Virus record (IMG/VR): IMGVR_UViG_3300035506_000303
DNA length: 64,000 nucleotides
Source of the DNA: a virus
Reading direction: 5' to 3' (one strand)
Shown here: positions 21,636-32,554 of the stretch, one piece after another
How positions within the stretch are numbered: the stretch's first letter is position 1
Layout: the number at the start of each line of letters is the position of its first letter
Position numbers and translations under genes: made by a program
Notes under the pieces: generated by a model
Databases searched by the model: none
What the model saw: only the letters and a program-made list of their open reading frames with translations
Told to the model about the DNA's origin: nothing

Positions 21636-22736
21636 CTATCGCAATTTTAAGCCAATGTTTGCTAGATTACTTCTGAGTATTGAAACATTATAGGTATGCG
21701 GTTCAAGTTGAACACGAGCACATGTACGGAAATTGTTGCCTTCTTTGCTAGTCATATACGGCTGATTCAAGTTTAGACCACAATAAATACCCTCTATGTA
21801 TTGCAAAGTTTCTTCATCCACATAATTACTCAATACTTCCAGTATTTTTAGCAACTCTTTGGGTTTGCCATAAGAACGATGTAGTTCTTCCCTCGCATAA
21901 TTCTCAGGATTCTTTGTAATCTCTCCTGTAGCAATTACCCTATTTATTATAGGAGTTTCCCCATATCTAAATATGTTTGTAAAATCTACATTATCTTTAA
22001 TCATATTTTCAATTAAAGTATTATATTTTTTTGGTGGAAACTTCTTCTTGAGGCCAGGTATTCCGTCACTTTTATCTCCTCGAAGCATTTTAAACAACAA
22101 AATCGTATTATACGGAACTTGTATTCCTTTATAATCCCCTTTTGCTTCTAAAACTTCCTGATAATTCTCTGGTGTAACTTGCATATAACCTCTGTGATAC
22201 AATGATTTATCTGCTGCACCGAATTTTGTGCTTTTCAAAAAAACAGAAACTTGCTCATCCACTAGTGGCAGCAAATCACAGTCATTTGTAACAATATCAA
22301 TCGGTGTATTTGGATATTTCTTCTTACACGTATTTAAAATCGAAAATACTAAATCATCTGCCTCATAATTATATAATTGGCAAACAGGTATACCACAATT
22401 GTTTAAGAGAGCTGCTACAACGTCTATTGTCTGCAAGATAACATCAGACAACTTTGACCTACCGTCCTTATACTCTTTTCCATCTAAAATAGACCGAAAA
22501 TAAGCTTTCTTTGCGGGAATTGGCTGGTCCATGCAAACAATAATCTTGTATTTTCCTTTATTTCCCCATTGATTAATCTGATTCAATGTGTATTCTAATA
22601 CCCTAAAATCCACATGAACAAGGCGACCATTAAACTCTAAGTCGCCTACGGGATATTCTTGCTTTACTCGGTATTTTGAGTAAATCGCTCCAAAAACTAA
22701 GTGGTTGTAATCTATAATACGAATTCTATCTTCCAC
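21636..22736 (-). CDS. Stand-alone 5'-3' exonuclease / flap endonuclease (Pol I N-terminal, T5 D15 / T4 RNase H-like)
   Basis: IIDYN, CMD, YKDGR, YEADDL, NDCDLL, GDKSDGIPG acidic FEN motifs. Confidence 0.9.
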   Translation of the reverse strand: MEDRIRIIDYNHLVFGAIYSKYRVKQEYPVGDLEFNGRLVHVDFRVLEYTLNQINQWGNKGKYKIIVCMDQPIPAKKAYFRSILDGKEYKDGRSKLSDVILQTIDVVAALLNNCGIPVCQLYNYEADDLVFSILNTCKKKYPNTPIDIVTNDCDLLPLVDEQVSVFLKSTKFGAADKSLYHRGYMQVTPENYQEVLEAKGDYKGIQVPYNTILLFKMLRGDKSDGIPGLKKKFPPKKYNTLIENMIKDNVDFTNIFRYGETPIINRVIATGEITKNPENYAREELHRSYGKPKELLKILEVLSNYVDEETLQYIEGIYCGLNLNQPYMTSKEGNNFRTCARVQLEPHTYNVSILRSNLANIGLKLR

Positions 22737-22809
22737 GATACAACCTCCTTCCTATATATTTTACCATAAACCTAATTTATTTACGGTTTGTGGGAAAAGT
22801 GTTTCATGT

Positions 22810-22838
22810 AAAAAAGCGATGCAATTTTGCATCGCTTT
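22810..22838 (-). terminator. Intrinsic terminator
   Basis: AAAGCGATGCAA-TT-TTGCATCGCTTT hairpin with T-run. Confidence 0.8.
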
Positions 22839-22864
22839 CTTCAATTTAAATTAGATTATGGGAA

Positions 22865-25800
22865 TTAAACTAGCTTTATTACATCTTTATTCTTCTTGTG
22901 TTTTTTGATAAAGAAACGAACAATCGCAAGAACAAGAAGAATAAGCACTGCAATACCTGCATAAATAACATGTATCAGTTTCACTTGCACACCTGTGTTT
23001 ACACCATTCGTTGTGCCTGAGCCAAGCAATACAATGTTATCAATCATACTGATAGTCATAGAAGTATCTGTGCCAGCTGTAAACATCATATCTACTGCAA
23101 GTGCATACCCTGATGGTGATTCCACTTCATGCACAGTATATTCACCGTCTGCAACTAATCCACTCACACGATGGGCGTATTCATAACCATTGATATCAAT
23201 TCTATGGTAAGAAGTTGTTTTATCTTCTTCTGTACCTGTTACTTGAATCAAATCATATACATAACCGCTATCTGTCTGAACTGGAACAATCTTAGAAGAT
23301 GTAACATCTCCGCCTGAATATGTTACACAGGCAGCATTGAATTTATCAACAAGTTTGTTCAATTCTGCAATAATTGCATCTGCTTTAGCTGATTTATCCT
23401 CTGTAGCTGCATTATTCAATTGCTTAAATAACACCTGTAAATTCTCTGTGTAATCTGTAATTCCGTCTGTTGCAGACTGAATAGCAGCATCACTGGAAGA
23501 AGCCCAAGATATAACATTAGAATCTAATGTGTCAGAGATAAATACTACACCAGCTTCCATATGTACATCACCAGTATTACCAAAGAAAGCAGCATTTAAA
23601 TAATTCCAGATTTTACCTACTGTGGTTTTCATAGTAGCTAAATCGCTGGCATTTATTTCCCCTACTTTTGCTAATGTTGTAATTGTATTACTGCATGTTG
23701 CAAATTGGCTTGGTAAGGAAGCATTTACCAAAGAGTTATCACTCTTCACATTCATTGTTGTAATAGCATCACTAATTGCCGTTAAATCTTTTGTTAAAGA
23801 AGCTACATCGGATTCTTGCAAAGTATTATTAGAAACATTTGTTAAGATGGAAGCCATATCATTTAAAGAATCTTGAATAGCTAAGCCTGCTTGTGCGTCA
23901 AATGTTTCATTAACATTTGTTCCTGTGCCTGCAAAATTAGTGTCTGCTTGTTCAACAATATTTGTAAGCAATAAATTTGCTTGACTGAGATAATCTACGG
24001 TCATATCTCTGTCTTCGGACTGCATTGTTGCAACCAATTCTCTTAACTGGTCTTGTAATGCAAGAACTTGCTGTTGCTGTTCGTCTGTAATTACAGCACT
24101 TTGTTCAAGATATACAGTTTCACCCGCAGCCAATGTTGCCTGCTGTTCTTCTGTTAATGTAACAAGTTTACCGTAAGTTGTCCATTCATCAACAATATTA
24201 CCCTCTGTATCTATTACGTTAATTTTTGCACCACTTACTTGTTTATTAAAGTCATCAACTTTATGAATATACATAACTGGGTCAGTCATTTCAACTTCCA
24301 TATTAGAACCATTTTCTTCAATAGTAAATGTAACATCATTTGCTTTTACAAATCCGTCAGGTGTATATGCTTCACGTAAAGTATAAGTCTGCCCAGCTAC
24401 AACATTTGATGCATAATGAACATCTCCGTCTGTATACCAAGAATCGACAACATTTCCGTCAGCATCTACCAGTTCAAGTTTTGCACCCTCTACAAGTCCA
24501 TACCCGAACTCGCCGTCTTTCTTTGTGATTCCAACTCGCTGGTCTGTCATTGTAATGTGTTGGTCTAAGTTATCTGCATCTACTGTGAATGGAATATCCG
24601 AAGCAACTACATACCCATTTGCGGCTGCTACTTCATGCAATACATAGGATTTTCCCGATTCCAAACCAGAAGCCTGATGCGGTTCTGTGGTAGAAATCCA
24701 TTCATCTACAACATTTCCTTCTTCATCTGTAATCTGCATAGAAGCACCCGGAATTTCTTCCCCACCAACATCTACCTTGGAAATGGTTACTTTTTTATCC
24801 ACCATAGAGATTGTCTGCACTTCGGAAGTGTTTGTAATTACAAATGGAATGTCGTTTGCCATTACATATCCAGCTGGTGCTAAATCTTCATGCAGTATAT
24901 AAGAACCCGGGTCCAAATCACGAATGATATAAGGTTCTTTCGTGGAAGTCCATGAAACAACTACATTTCCGTTGCTGTCGATAACTTGCATGGAAGCACC
25001 TTCGACTTCGCCACCGTCTGCATCAAGCTTCTGCACTTGATTTTCCGTTATATTATCATTGTAGATTGTATACGTTTGAGTTTTACCTACATTATCGCCT
25101 GTAATATTGATTGTACGAACTTCTGTATCTAAACGCATATTTGAAGCGGCTACTGTCTGCTTCATCATATATGTTCCATATGCTAAATCGCCTGAAATAC
25201 CGTAGCCATTGGCATCGGTTGTGATTTTGGCATATTCTTTAGCTGTTGTTTTTAGCTGTCCATTCTTATAAGCCTCTAATGCCTTTTCAATCGAACCGCA
25301 TTGGTCAACATATTTCTTGGCAATAACTTCAAACACAGCTCCTTGCTCTGCTTGGCAAGTTTCGGGGCTATTTGTAGAAGCATCTGTATTGGATTTGTAC
25401 TTCTGAAGGGCAACTTTGCCTGTCAATACGGAATCACTTACATTCTTAGAAACAGTATATTTTGCATTACTGTCTATTGCCCAATTAATAACCGTAGAAT
25501 CCAATGCATACCCAGTAGGTGCTTTTGTTTCCTTTAAAGTGTAAGTTTTCTTTTTGCTAATGCCTTCTGCTGTATCAGATGTTCCGTCTGCTTTAATTAC
25601 GAAGGTATGAACTGCTGTGCCCGTTTCGTCATAAAGAGTATATTCAGCACCAGCAAGCGTTGCATCACCTTGTGCTGTGCTTGAATTGGTATCTGCATCT
25701 GTCTTTGTGATTGTTGCAGTTAAATCTTGTTCTGGGGACATGTGATAAATCTTGTATCCTGTAACAGATTTTTCACCATCATTTGCATGCACATTGGTTA

Positions 25801-26539
25801 TAGATTCTTCTACTATCTTATTATTAGATACAGAGATATGTATAATATTACCATTTCCTGTATAAATGCCACAATGTGCAGAATAATACCCAATCAGTAC
25901 ACCAGCAGTATTATATTTTGGTGCTGGAAGAAAATACACATAATCACCAGGCTGAAATTCACTTAAAGCTTCTGCATTATATGTGCCTAATTCTTGTACG
26001 GCGGAGGAGGAAACACCTTTTGCATCTAGTGCGGATGCCCAGTCTTCTGCACGCATACCGTAAATTTGATTGATACCATTGCCATCGCTTGTATTCCAAC
26101 CTGTTCCGTCATTTGCATATGGTGTTGTGCTCGTATTATATTTAACCAATCCATTATCATCAATCCAGACACCACTGCCATAAATCATTTTCTGATACAC
26201 ATATGTAACAAAGCCAGAACAGTCTAAGCCATAATAGCCGTTAGCTGTTAGATTATCTGGTTGATTCGTGCTTTTATCTACTGTATAATTTCGGAAAGTT
26301 TTACCTCCATAATGATAATTGATATTAGAATATGTACTCATCAATTTTCGGGCAAGAGTTACAGCGTCATCACCATTCCATGTGCTTTCATAGCCCCATG
26401 CTTCTGCGAAAGATTTACCCTCAAATGCACCTACTCCTAGTAAGTTAGCACTTGTTATACCTATACCAAGCACGAGTAGCAGGCTGATTCCGACATTCTT
26501 AAGAATCTTCTTGTATTTTTTTAATGCTAATTTCTTCAT
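22865..26539 (-). CDS. NlpC/P60 peptidoglycan endopeptidase fused to SpaA/CnaB stalk, VNTG sortase-like signal + TM
   Basis: YHYGG, GLDCSGFV (Cys), AHCGIY and IIHIS (His); ETKAPTGY / EDLAPAGY motifs; GVNTG-hydrophobic-KKHKK. Confidence 0.9.
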   Translation of the reverse strand: MKKLALKKYKKILKNVGISLLLVLGIGITSANLLGVGAFEGKSFAEAWGYESTWNGDDAVTLARKLMSTYSNINYHYGGKTFRNYTVDKSTNQPDNLTANGYYGLDCSGFVTYVYQKMIYGSGVWIDDNGLVKYNTSTTPYANDGTGWNTSDGNGINQIYGMRAEDWASALDAKGVSSSAVQELGTYNAEALSEFQPGDYVYFLPAPKYNTAGVLIGYYSAHCGIYTGNGNIIHISVSNNKIVEESITNVHANDGEKSVTGYKIYHMSPEQDLTATITKTDADTNSSTAQGDATLAGAEYTLYDETGTAVHTFVIKADGTSDTAEGISKKKTYTLKETKAPTGYALDSTVINWAIDSNAKYTVSKNVSDSVLTGKVALQKYKSNTDASTNSPETCQAEQGAVFEVIAKKYVDQCGSIEKALEAYKNGQLKTTAKEYAKITTDANGYGISGDLAYGTYMMKQTVAASNMRLDTEVRTINITGDNVGKTQTYTIYNDNITENQVQKLDADGGEVEGASMQVIDSNGNVVVSWTSTKEPYIIRDLDPGSYILHEDLAPAGYVMANDIPFVITNTSEVQTISMVDKKVTISKVDVGGEEIPGASMQITDEEGNVVDEWISTTEPHQASGLESGKSYVLHEVAAANGYVVASDIPFTVDADNLDQHITMTDQRVGITKKDGEFGYGLVEGAKLELVDADGNVVDSWYTDGDVHYASNVVAGQTYTLREAYTPDGFVKANDVTFTIEENGSNMEVEMTDPVMYIHKVDDFNKQVSGAKINVIDTEGNIVDEWTTYGKLVTLTEEQQATLAAGETVYLEQSAVITDEQQQQVLALQDQLRELVATMQSEDRDMTVDYLSQANLLLTNIVEQADTNFAGTGTNVNETFDAQAGLAIQDSLNDMASILTNVSNNTLQESDVASLTKDLTAISDAITTMNVKSDNSLVNASLPSQFATCSNTITTLAKVGEINASDLATMKTTVGKIWNYLNAAFFGNTGDVHMEAGVVFISDTLDSNVISWASSSDAAIQSATDGITDYTENLQVLFKQLNNAATEDKSAKADAIIAELNKLVDKFNAACVTYSGGDVTSSKIVPVQTDSGYVYDLIQVTGTEEDKTTSYHRIDINGYEYAHRVSGLVADGEYTVHEVESPSGYALAVDMMFTAGTDTSMTISMIDNIVLLGSGTTNGVNTGVQVKLIHVIYAGIAVLILLVLAIVRFFIKKHKKNKDVIKLV

Positions 26540-26704
26540 AGTAAAAAATTTTACTCCCTCCTATTCAATCTCATTCTACAAAAAAATATCGTTTAATAAA
26601 TAGAAAGTGAGGAGCATGATATGTCCCTCACTTTGTATAACATTTTATGTTATTGGTAAATTCTGCAACTCAAAAATAGCCTGTCAGACTTTAAATACAG
26701 CTGC

Positions 26705-29700
26705 TTAATAAAGGTTATCCTCAATCTGTTCTGCAATTTGTCGTCTTGCTCTGGCTGCATATACACACCACATAATCAATGCAATTACAACTAAGCCTGC
26801 AATTAAAGCAATTGGCAGCACTAAGGTATAATCTGTTAATGTGCCATGTAATAAATTCTGCACAAAATTTGTAGATACCAAAATGTTATTTAAATTTTTT
26901 GTCATTTGATTTCCCGCTTTATCTGATGTTGTTATAACTAAATCTTGTTCTTCGGAAAGATTACTGATATTGAATGTGTATGCACCATATGCATCTGCAT
27001 TGGCTCGAACATCTTCTCCATTTAAGAGAATATTCGTATAAACAATATCTGTCATATCAGAAACAGTAACACTTACAGTAACATTTTCCTCATTATATGT
27101 GCCATTTGCTGAAACACCAGATACTGTGATTTCAGGTGCTGTTGTATCAAGAACAAAGGTGTAATCTGCTTTTTTAGAGCTGTTTACCGTACCATCTTTA
27201 GCTACGGATACAATACTTAAATTATATACACCATCTTCTGTAAATGCTGCACTGCTTAATGAATACGTATACTCATATTCCTTGGAAGCATTTACAGTCT
27301 CCTCTTTCTTCAACAAGCTGGAATCATATTCAAAATCATTACCATCTCTTGTGATATACAATGTATTGTTATCTACGTCCAAACGGTCTACGGATGTTTC
27401 TGATAATACCAGTTCTGTTGGTAATTCTTTTAAGTAATTGCCAATAACATCTGTTGAATTGGTTGTATACTGTGAACCAAACCTATTTACAGTAAATGTC
27501 AATTCTTTTGTGGAAGTATTTCCCGCTTTATCAACAACTTTAACTTCTACGGTGTAAGAATCATCATAAGCTAATTTGTTTGGTAAGTCAGAGAATGTAT
27601 ATGTACCCATAGTGTCTGTACTTGTACCGTCAAAATACATCAAACCATGCTTACGACTGGATAATGCAACATTATTTAATGCACTATCAAGATAGGAATC
27701 TGCTACAACTACACGGGCATTGATATCTGATTTATAAGATAAACCCTCTTCTACACCTGTAATAGTGATTGTAGGTGCTGTTTTATCTATAATGAAGGAT
27801 TCACCAACATACTCGTTCAATGCATTTCCCGCCTGGTCATACCCTGTAACATCTAGGGAATATGTTCCTTCTTTACTATAATATACAGTTGCTACATAAT
27901 CTGAACCAACTTGTTTCCATTCACCAACAATGCCGCCGCCTGTAATAGTCAATAAGGAAGGGTCAAAATGTACTTCTGTAACTTTTAACGTTGCAGTCCT
28001 TGTTTCATTATAATACATTCCATTCTTAGCACCGTTGTCTGCATAAGAAACTGCTAATACTGGTTTTGTACTGTCTAATGAGAATTCCTCGGACGTAAAA
28101 CCTTGCCCTTTATTGCCAACTAAATCTGTATAGTCAACATTTAACTGATAAATTCCATCATCTTTATAGGAAACGGTTGCTTCATAAGTATCATCTGCAA
28201 CAACTGACCAATCAGATAAGGAAGAATAACCGCTTGTGATTCGTACATCACTTTCTCTGAAATTTCTTTCATTGATTGTAATTACTGCATCTCTGCCCGC
28301 ATTGTAAAGTGCATTTGCATTCGTTGTTGTAAATGCAACACTAATTACTGGTGCATCTTTATCAATAGAGAACTTGCGGGAATCAGAAGATTTACGTCCA
28401 GCACGGTCTGTTGCTTCTACCCAAAGAGTTAAACCATTTTCATTATCCCCTACTGTAAATGTATCAGCTAGGTCTATAACAAGGTTCTTATCCATTGTAA
28501 TAACTTGACCATTATCTGCATTTCCGTTTTTATCAACTGTAATACTTGTCAGAGTTTCTTTTACACCACTAGCATGTGTTAAACCAACAACAACTTTCGC
28601 AATACCCGTGTCGCTTTGACTCACTTGAATTGTCCCCTCCACATTTGTTCCGTACAGGTCTAAACCTGCTACATCAACAACTTTCGATTTATTCATAGAG
28701 AAACTAATCTTATTTGAGTTTGTTGTAGTTGTAATTACACCGTCTGGTTTAGCATAGGCACTATAATGCTGCACATTATCTACCGCTTGCAGCTGCAAGA
28801 AACCTTTGAAATTATTTGGTAAAGAAATCGTGGCTGCACCATTGATAATGGTAGCAGATGCAGTTTCCAGATTAGACATTGCATTGCCTTTGGAATCAAG
28901 ATAGCTGCATATAACTTTATCTAAACCCGCACTCACATCGCCATCATCTACATGTACAGTTACGGAAGTATCTGTTCCTGAGAAATAGAAACCATATTTT
29001 GTAGCAGTTTCATTGTCTGTATTTCCTTCGGAAGTGCCATTTCCATTAAATACAAGAGAAGTAATTGTAGGTTCAGTTTTATCTATATAAATAGTTTGTT
29101 TTTTTGTAAAAATATGACCGCATGCATCGGTTAAGTCTACTTGTATCGTATAAGAACCGTCAGATTTTGGACTTACACCTTCTGTACTTACTGTTAAGGC
29201 ATTGGAGGCAGTTAGTGCCTTTATAATACCATTAGTAGCAGTACGAGAATCTTTTTTAGTATTATTAATGTAGACAGTTACTGCATCTATACATGTATTC
29301 TCTACGGATACTGTACATGTTACATCTTTATTATACCACACATTCCCCTTACTGTCTGTGTAGTCAACATTTGGTGTAGCTATATTGATGTTTTCATCAC
29401 TATTATAACTTTCAGAAACAAAATTCAATTCTGACAGCTTCAAAGACATATCACTATTATTCTTCTTAAACGGAATATCACTGAAATCGTAAATTGCACT
29501 GTTTCCTATCTTATCTTTCAATGTAATAGAAATACTGCTATATTCTTTGTTATCTGCATCTAATAAACTATAATAACCATTAGCATCAGAGGCTAAGGTT
29601 TGTGTATTGCCACTTTCATCCTCAGCTGTAACAGTAATACCACTTTCATCTGTTCCATCTGGTACGCCTACAACAGCATCATCTACACCAAAAGTAAATG

Positions 29701-32443
29701 TAGCACCTTTCTCGTCATAGAATACACCATAAGATTGCATTTTCATATTTTTAGATAAAGTACCTTCTGTGATTTTAGGTGCTTCATTATCTAAGTAAAA
29801 AGATAATTGTGCTTGTTCAGACGTATTTCCACTTTTATCCGTAGCACATACTATAATTGTATGATAACCTTGACCTGTCACATTTACTGTATAAGTATTT
29901 TCTGAGGAATATAACAAATCCTCATTATCTACACTATAAGCTAATTTATCAAAATTATCGTCTGTTACTGCAATGGAAACTGTTTTCTGTTCTGCCTTGT
30001 AATAGTTTTTATCGTCTACTGTAAACAAATCGGATACATCTGCAATTGTAAGTGTTACCTGGGGTTTAGCTGCATCCAAAATAATATGATTAGGTATAAC
30101 ATTCCCAGGTGTTAATTTTTTTGTTATTGTAGCTAAATCTGTATTAACTGTATGTCCCATACAGTCAGTATAACTAAAATTATAATTAGCATTACTTTTA
30201 GACAATTGTACAGTTACTTCGTTATTTACATTGTCTATACTAACAATAGACGTACCATTCTTATTATCTGATTCATCGGTAGCATTTGCAGCAGCAATAA
30301 CATCGTTTCCATTATTTAAAGTAAATGTAGCAATATCCGCATTACCCTCTGTATCATCACTAAATTTAAATACTATACTTAAATTATTAGAAGAATAAGC
30401 TACATTATCTGAATCATTAGGTATACGCAAAGCGTTGTACATATTTTTATCTGTAAATTCCCAACTCGTTATCTCAGCAGCCTTTAAATCAAAATTATAC
30501 TCATGCTGTACTGTAAATGATTTTTCCGTAGTCTTATCATTTGCAGTTACATATTTTATAACATACGTAAACAGAAGAGTATGTGTATTAGCATAACCTC
30601 GCTGATACGCTTCATTCAATATATCAGAAATACTAACATTAAATTTAGCAGTATCAACTACTTCTTTTTCAAGGTTGTTTACTTCTGCATTCTCTAAATC
30701 AGATTCATCACTATTATTAACTGGATAAGTTTCCTCATATAGTGATGAGTTATCATATATTGGTAAGTTATCTGAACTTACACTAAACTCTACCTTTGTT
30801 ATTGTATACTCATCATTACTAGAAATTTGGCCAACATACTCGTGCTTGCTATCTTTAAACCATTCCTTATCCGAAACACTCTTATTATCAATCGTTTCTA
30901 TTAATAAATCTCTAACATCACTTACTCTTGCAGAATCAACACCCCATAAATCATATAAACTTGCTGTATAAACTGCATCATTTCCTGTATCGGCATAAAG
31001 ATATATCTTTATATTAAAATTAAAATTATCAGTAACGGTTAGATTTCTAGGATTAGATACAGATTCTTTATTCAATATAGTTTTAGTACCTTGCACGATA
31101 GAATAACTTTTAACATAATTAGAAGGGTCCTTTATAGATATCTGAATATCAGATTCGTTAGCTATAACACGTTCTTTAGAGCCTGCTTCTTCTTTATCAA
31201 TGTAGGGTTCAGCAATAACTGAAATCATACCATCCTGATATACCCAATTAACTGTAAAAGACATTGCCCTAAAAGTTTTTGTACTATTCATGGCATCTTT
31301 ATAAGTAATATCCACAACACCGGTACAACCATTTTCAAGATTTTCTTCGCCAAAAATATCACTAATCTTCAATATGGCGACATTATTCTCACCAAAATTC
31401 TTTTTTGTTAAAGATGTAGTATAACCCTTGTTTGCTATTTCACCCTTAACGTCAATTGTAGGCGTTCCATTTGTATTTGCATCTGTGGAATCTTCAGCCA
31501 AGTTACTAAAATTGTTAATAGTTATCTTCAATGTATAATTCTTAATTATATCTAAATCTTGTTCAATATTATTAGCAGTCACAAGATTATTATCTTTATC
31601 ATACACTTCCGTTTTTATATAGTTTGCAAGAGTGTCATCATTTGTACCCGAAAAATCTGTTGGCTCTTCTAAACAAGTCACAGGTAAAGCTGTATATGTA
31701 TCCGACTGAGCGTCATACCAGTTTGCATCAATTAAGCCCTTTGCAGCTAATAAATCTCCAATTTTATACTCTACCCCACCATAAGTGAATGCTGTGTTAT
31801 TCAATAACAGACAACTTGTTTCATATGCTGAGTATAAAGCTACATCTCCTACGTTGTCATAATTAGAATTTGACCACAACCAACCTAAAAGAGTACCACT
31901 TTTTTTAACAGATACAGCAAAAGTGGAATTATTCTTATACATATAATAACTTGTATTGTTTTCATTAGTCTCTTTATAAATAACACCTTCTAAATTATAA
32001 TTATAGGTGTCACCCTGTAATGTAGCTATTCTAGTATTATTCTCAAAAGTATGCTTCTGCTCGGAATCTTCTTCAGTACTATCTGCATTCTCTTGAATAT
32101 CCTCTTCTGCTGCATCAGAATCCTTGGAATCTTCAGAATCCGTACTATCCTCTGATGCATCTGTTTCAGTGGCATCAGTACTTTCTGCACCTTCCGTAGA
32201 TTCTGTGGAAGTATCTTCATTGGTCAAATCACTGCCTGTATTTGTATCTTCACTAGCCTTGGTATCACTAGTTGTAGTATCATTCTCTGTTGTAGTATCA
32301 ACTGCCGTATCTGTGGTATCTGATTCTGTTTCCAGTGCAGATACAGTTAATGCACCACATGCTTGTGTGAACGGCGTAACACTATTACAAATTAAGCCTA
32401 CCGCCGCAAATAAGGCTTTTAATTGTTTTCTCTTGATTTGCAT
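26705..32443 (-). CDS. Giant secreted/membrane-anchored bacterial Ig-like repeat protein (1912 aa)
   Basis: Signal peptide, acidic linker, many D(K/T)(T/E)(A/K)P.(I/V) and D.AGN motifs, C-terminal TM followed by ARARR. Confidence 0.85.
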   Translation of the reverse strand: MQIKRKQLKALFAAVGLICNSVTPFTQACGALTVSALETESDTTDTAVDTTTENDTTTSDTKASEDTNTGSDLTNEDTSTESTEGAESTDATETDASEDSTDSEDSKDSDAAEEDIQENADSTEEDSEQKHTFENNTRIATLQGDTYNYNLEGVIYKETNENNTSYYMYKNNSTFAVSVKKSGTLLGWLWSNSNYDNVGDVALYSAYETSCLLLNNTAFTYGGVEYKIGDLLAAKGLIDANWYDAQSDTYTALPVTCLEEPTDFSGTNDDTLANYIKTEVYDKDNNLVTANNIEQDLDIIKNYTLKITINNFSNLAEDSTDANTNGTPTIDVKGEIANKGYTTSLTKKNFGENNVAILKISDIFGEENLENGCTGVVDITYKDAMNSTKTFRAMSFTVNWVYQDGMISVIAEPYIDKEEAGSKERVIANESDIQISIKDPSNYVKSYSIVQGTKTILNKESVSNPRNLTVTDNFNFNIKIYLYADTGNDAVYTASLYDLWGVDSARVSDVRDLLIETIDNKSVSDKEWFKDSKHEYVGQISSNDEYTITKVEFSVSSDNLPIYDNSSLYEETYPVNNSDESDLENAEVNNLEKEVVDTAKFNVSISDILNEAYQRGYANTHTLLFTYVIKYVTANDKTTEKSFTVQHEYNFDLKAAEITSWEFTDKNMYNALRIPNDSDNVAYSSNNLSIVFKFSDDTEGNADIATFTLNNGNDVIAAANATDESDNKNGTSIVSIDNVNNEVTVQLSKSNANYNFSYTDCMGHTVNTDLATITKKLTPGNVIPNHIILDAAKPQVTLTIADVSDLFTVDDKNYYKAEQKTVSIAVTDDNFDKLAYSVDNEDLLYSSENTYTVNVTGQGYHTIIVCATDKSGNTSEQAQLSFYLDNEAPKITEGTLSKNMKMQSYGVFYDEKGATFTFGVDDAVVGVPDGTDESGITVTAEDESGNTQTLASDANGYYSLLDADNKEYSSISITLKDKIGNSAIYDFSDIPFKKNNSDMSLKLSELNFVSESYNSDENINIATPNVDYTDSKGNVWYNKDVTCTVSVENTCIDAVTVYINNTKKDSRTATNGIIKALTASNALTVSTEGVSPKSDGSYTIQVDLTDACGHIFTKKQTIYIDKTEPTITSLVFNGNGTSEGNTDNETATKYGFYFSGTDTSVTVHVDDGDVSAGLDKVICSYLDSKGNAMSNLETASATIINGAATISLPNNFKGFLQLQAVDNVQHYSAYAKPDGVITTTTNSNKISFSMNKSKVVDVAGLDLYGTNVEGTIQVSQSDTGIAKVVVGLTHASGVKETLTSITVDKNGNADNGQVITMDKNLVIDLADTFTVGDNENGLTLWVEATDRAGRKSSDSRKFSIDKDAPVISVAFTTTNANALYNAGRDAVITINERNFRESDVRITSGYSSLSDWSVVADDTYEATVSYKDDGIYQLNVDYTDLVGNKGQGFTSEEFSLDSTKPVLAVSYADNGAKNGMYYNETRTATLKVTEVHFDPSLLTITGGGIVGEWKQVGSDYVATVYYSKEGTYSLDVTGYDQAGNALNEYVGESFIIDKTAPTITITGVEEGLSYKSDINARVVVADSYLDSALNNVALSSRKHGLMYFDGTSTDTMGTYTFSDLPNKLAYDDSYTVEVKVVDKAGNTSTKELTFTVNRFGSQYTTNSTDVIGNYLKELPTELVLSETSVDRLDVDNNTLYITRDGNDFEYDSSLLKKEETVNASKEYEYTYSLSSAAFTEDGVYNLSIVSVAKDGTVNSSKKADYTFVLDTTAPEITVSGVSANGTYNEENVTVSVTVSDMTDIVYTNILLNGEDVRANADAYGAYTFNISNLSEEQDLVITTSDKAGNQMTKNLNNILVSTNFVQNLLHGTLTDYTLVLPIALIAGLVVIALIMWCVYAARARRQIAEQIEDNLY

Positions 32444-32510
32444 AGTGCAATATATTCTCCTTTCATTTTCTATTTATTATAGTTGTTTTCAAGTTATTTT
32501 AGTATGCAGA

Positions 32511-32547
32511 CAAAAAGACACCTCGCTTTTAGCGAGGTGTCTTTTTG
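32511..32547. terminator. Intrinsic terminator (symmetric, could be bidirectional)
   Basis: CAAAAAGACACCTCGCT-TTT-AGCGAGGTGTCTTTTTG perfect inverted repeat. Confidence 0.85.
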
Positions 32548-32554
32548 TTTGGAA

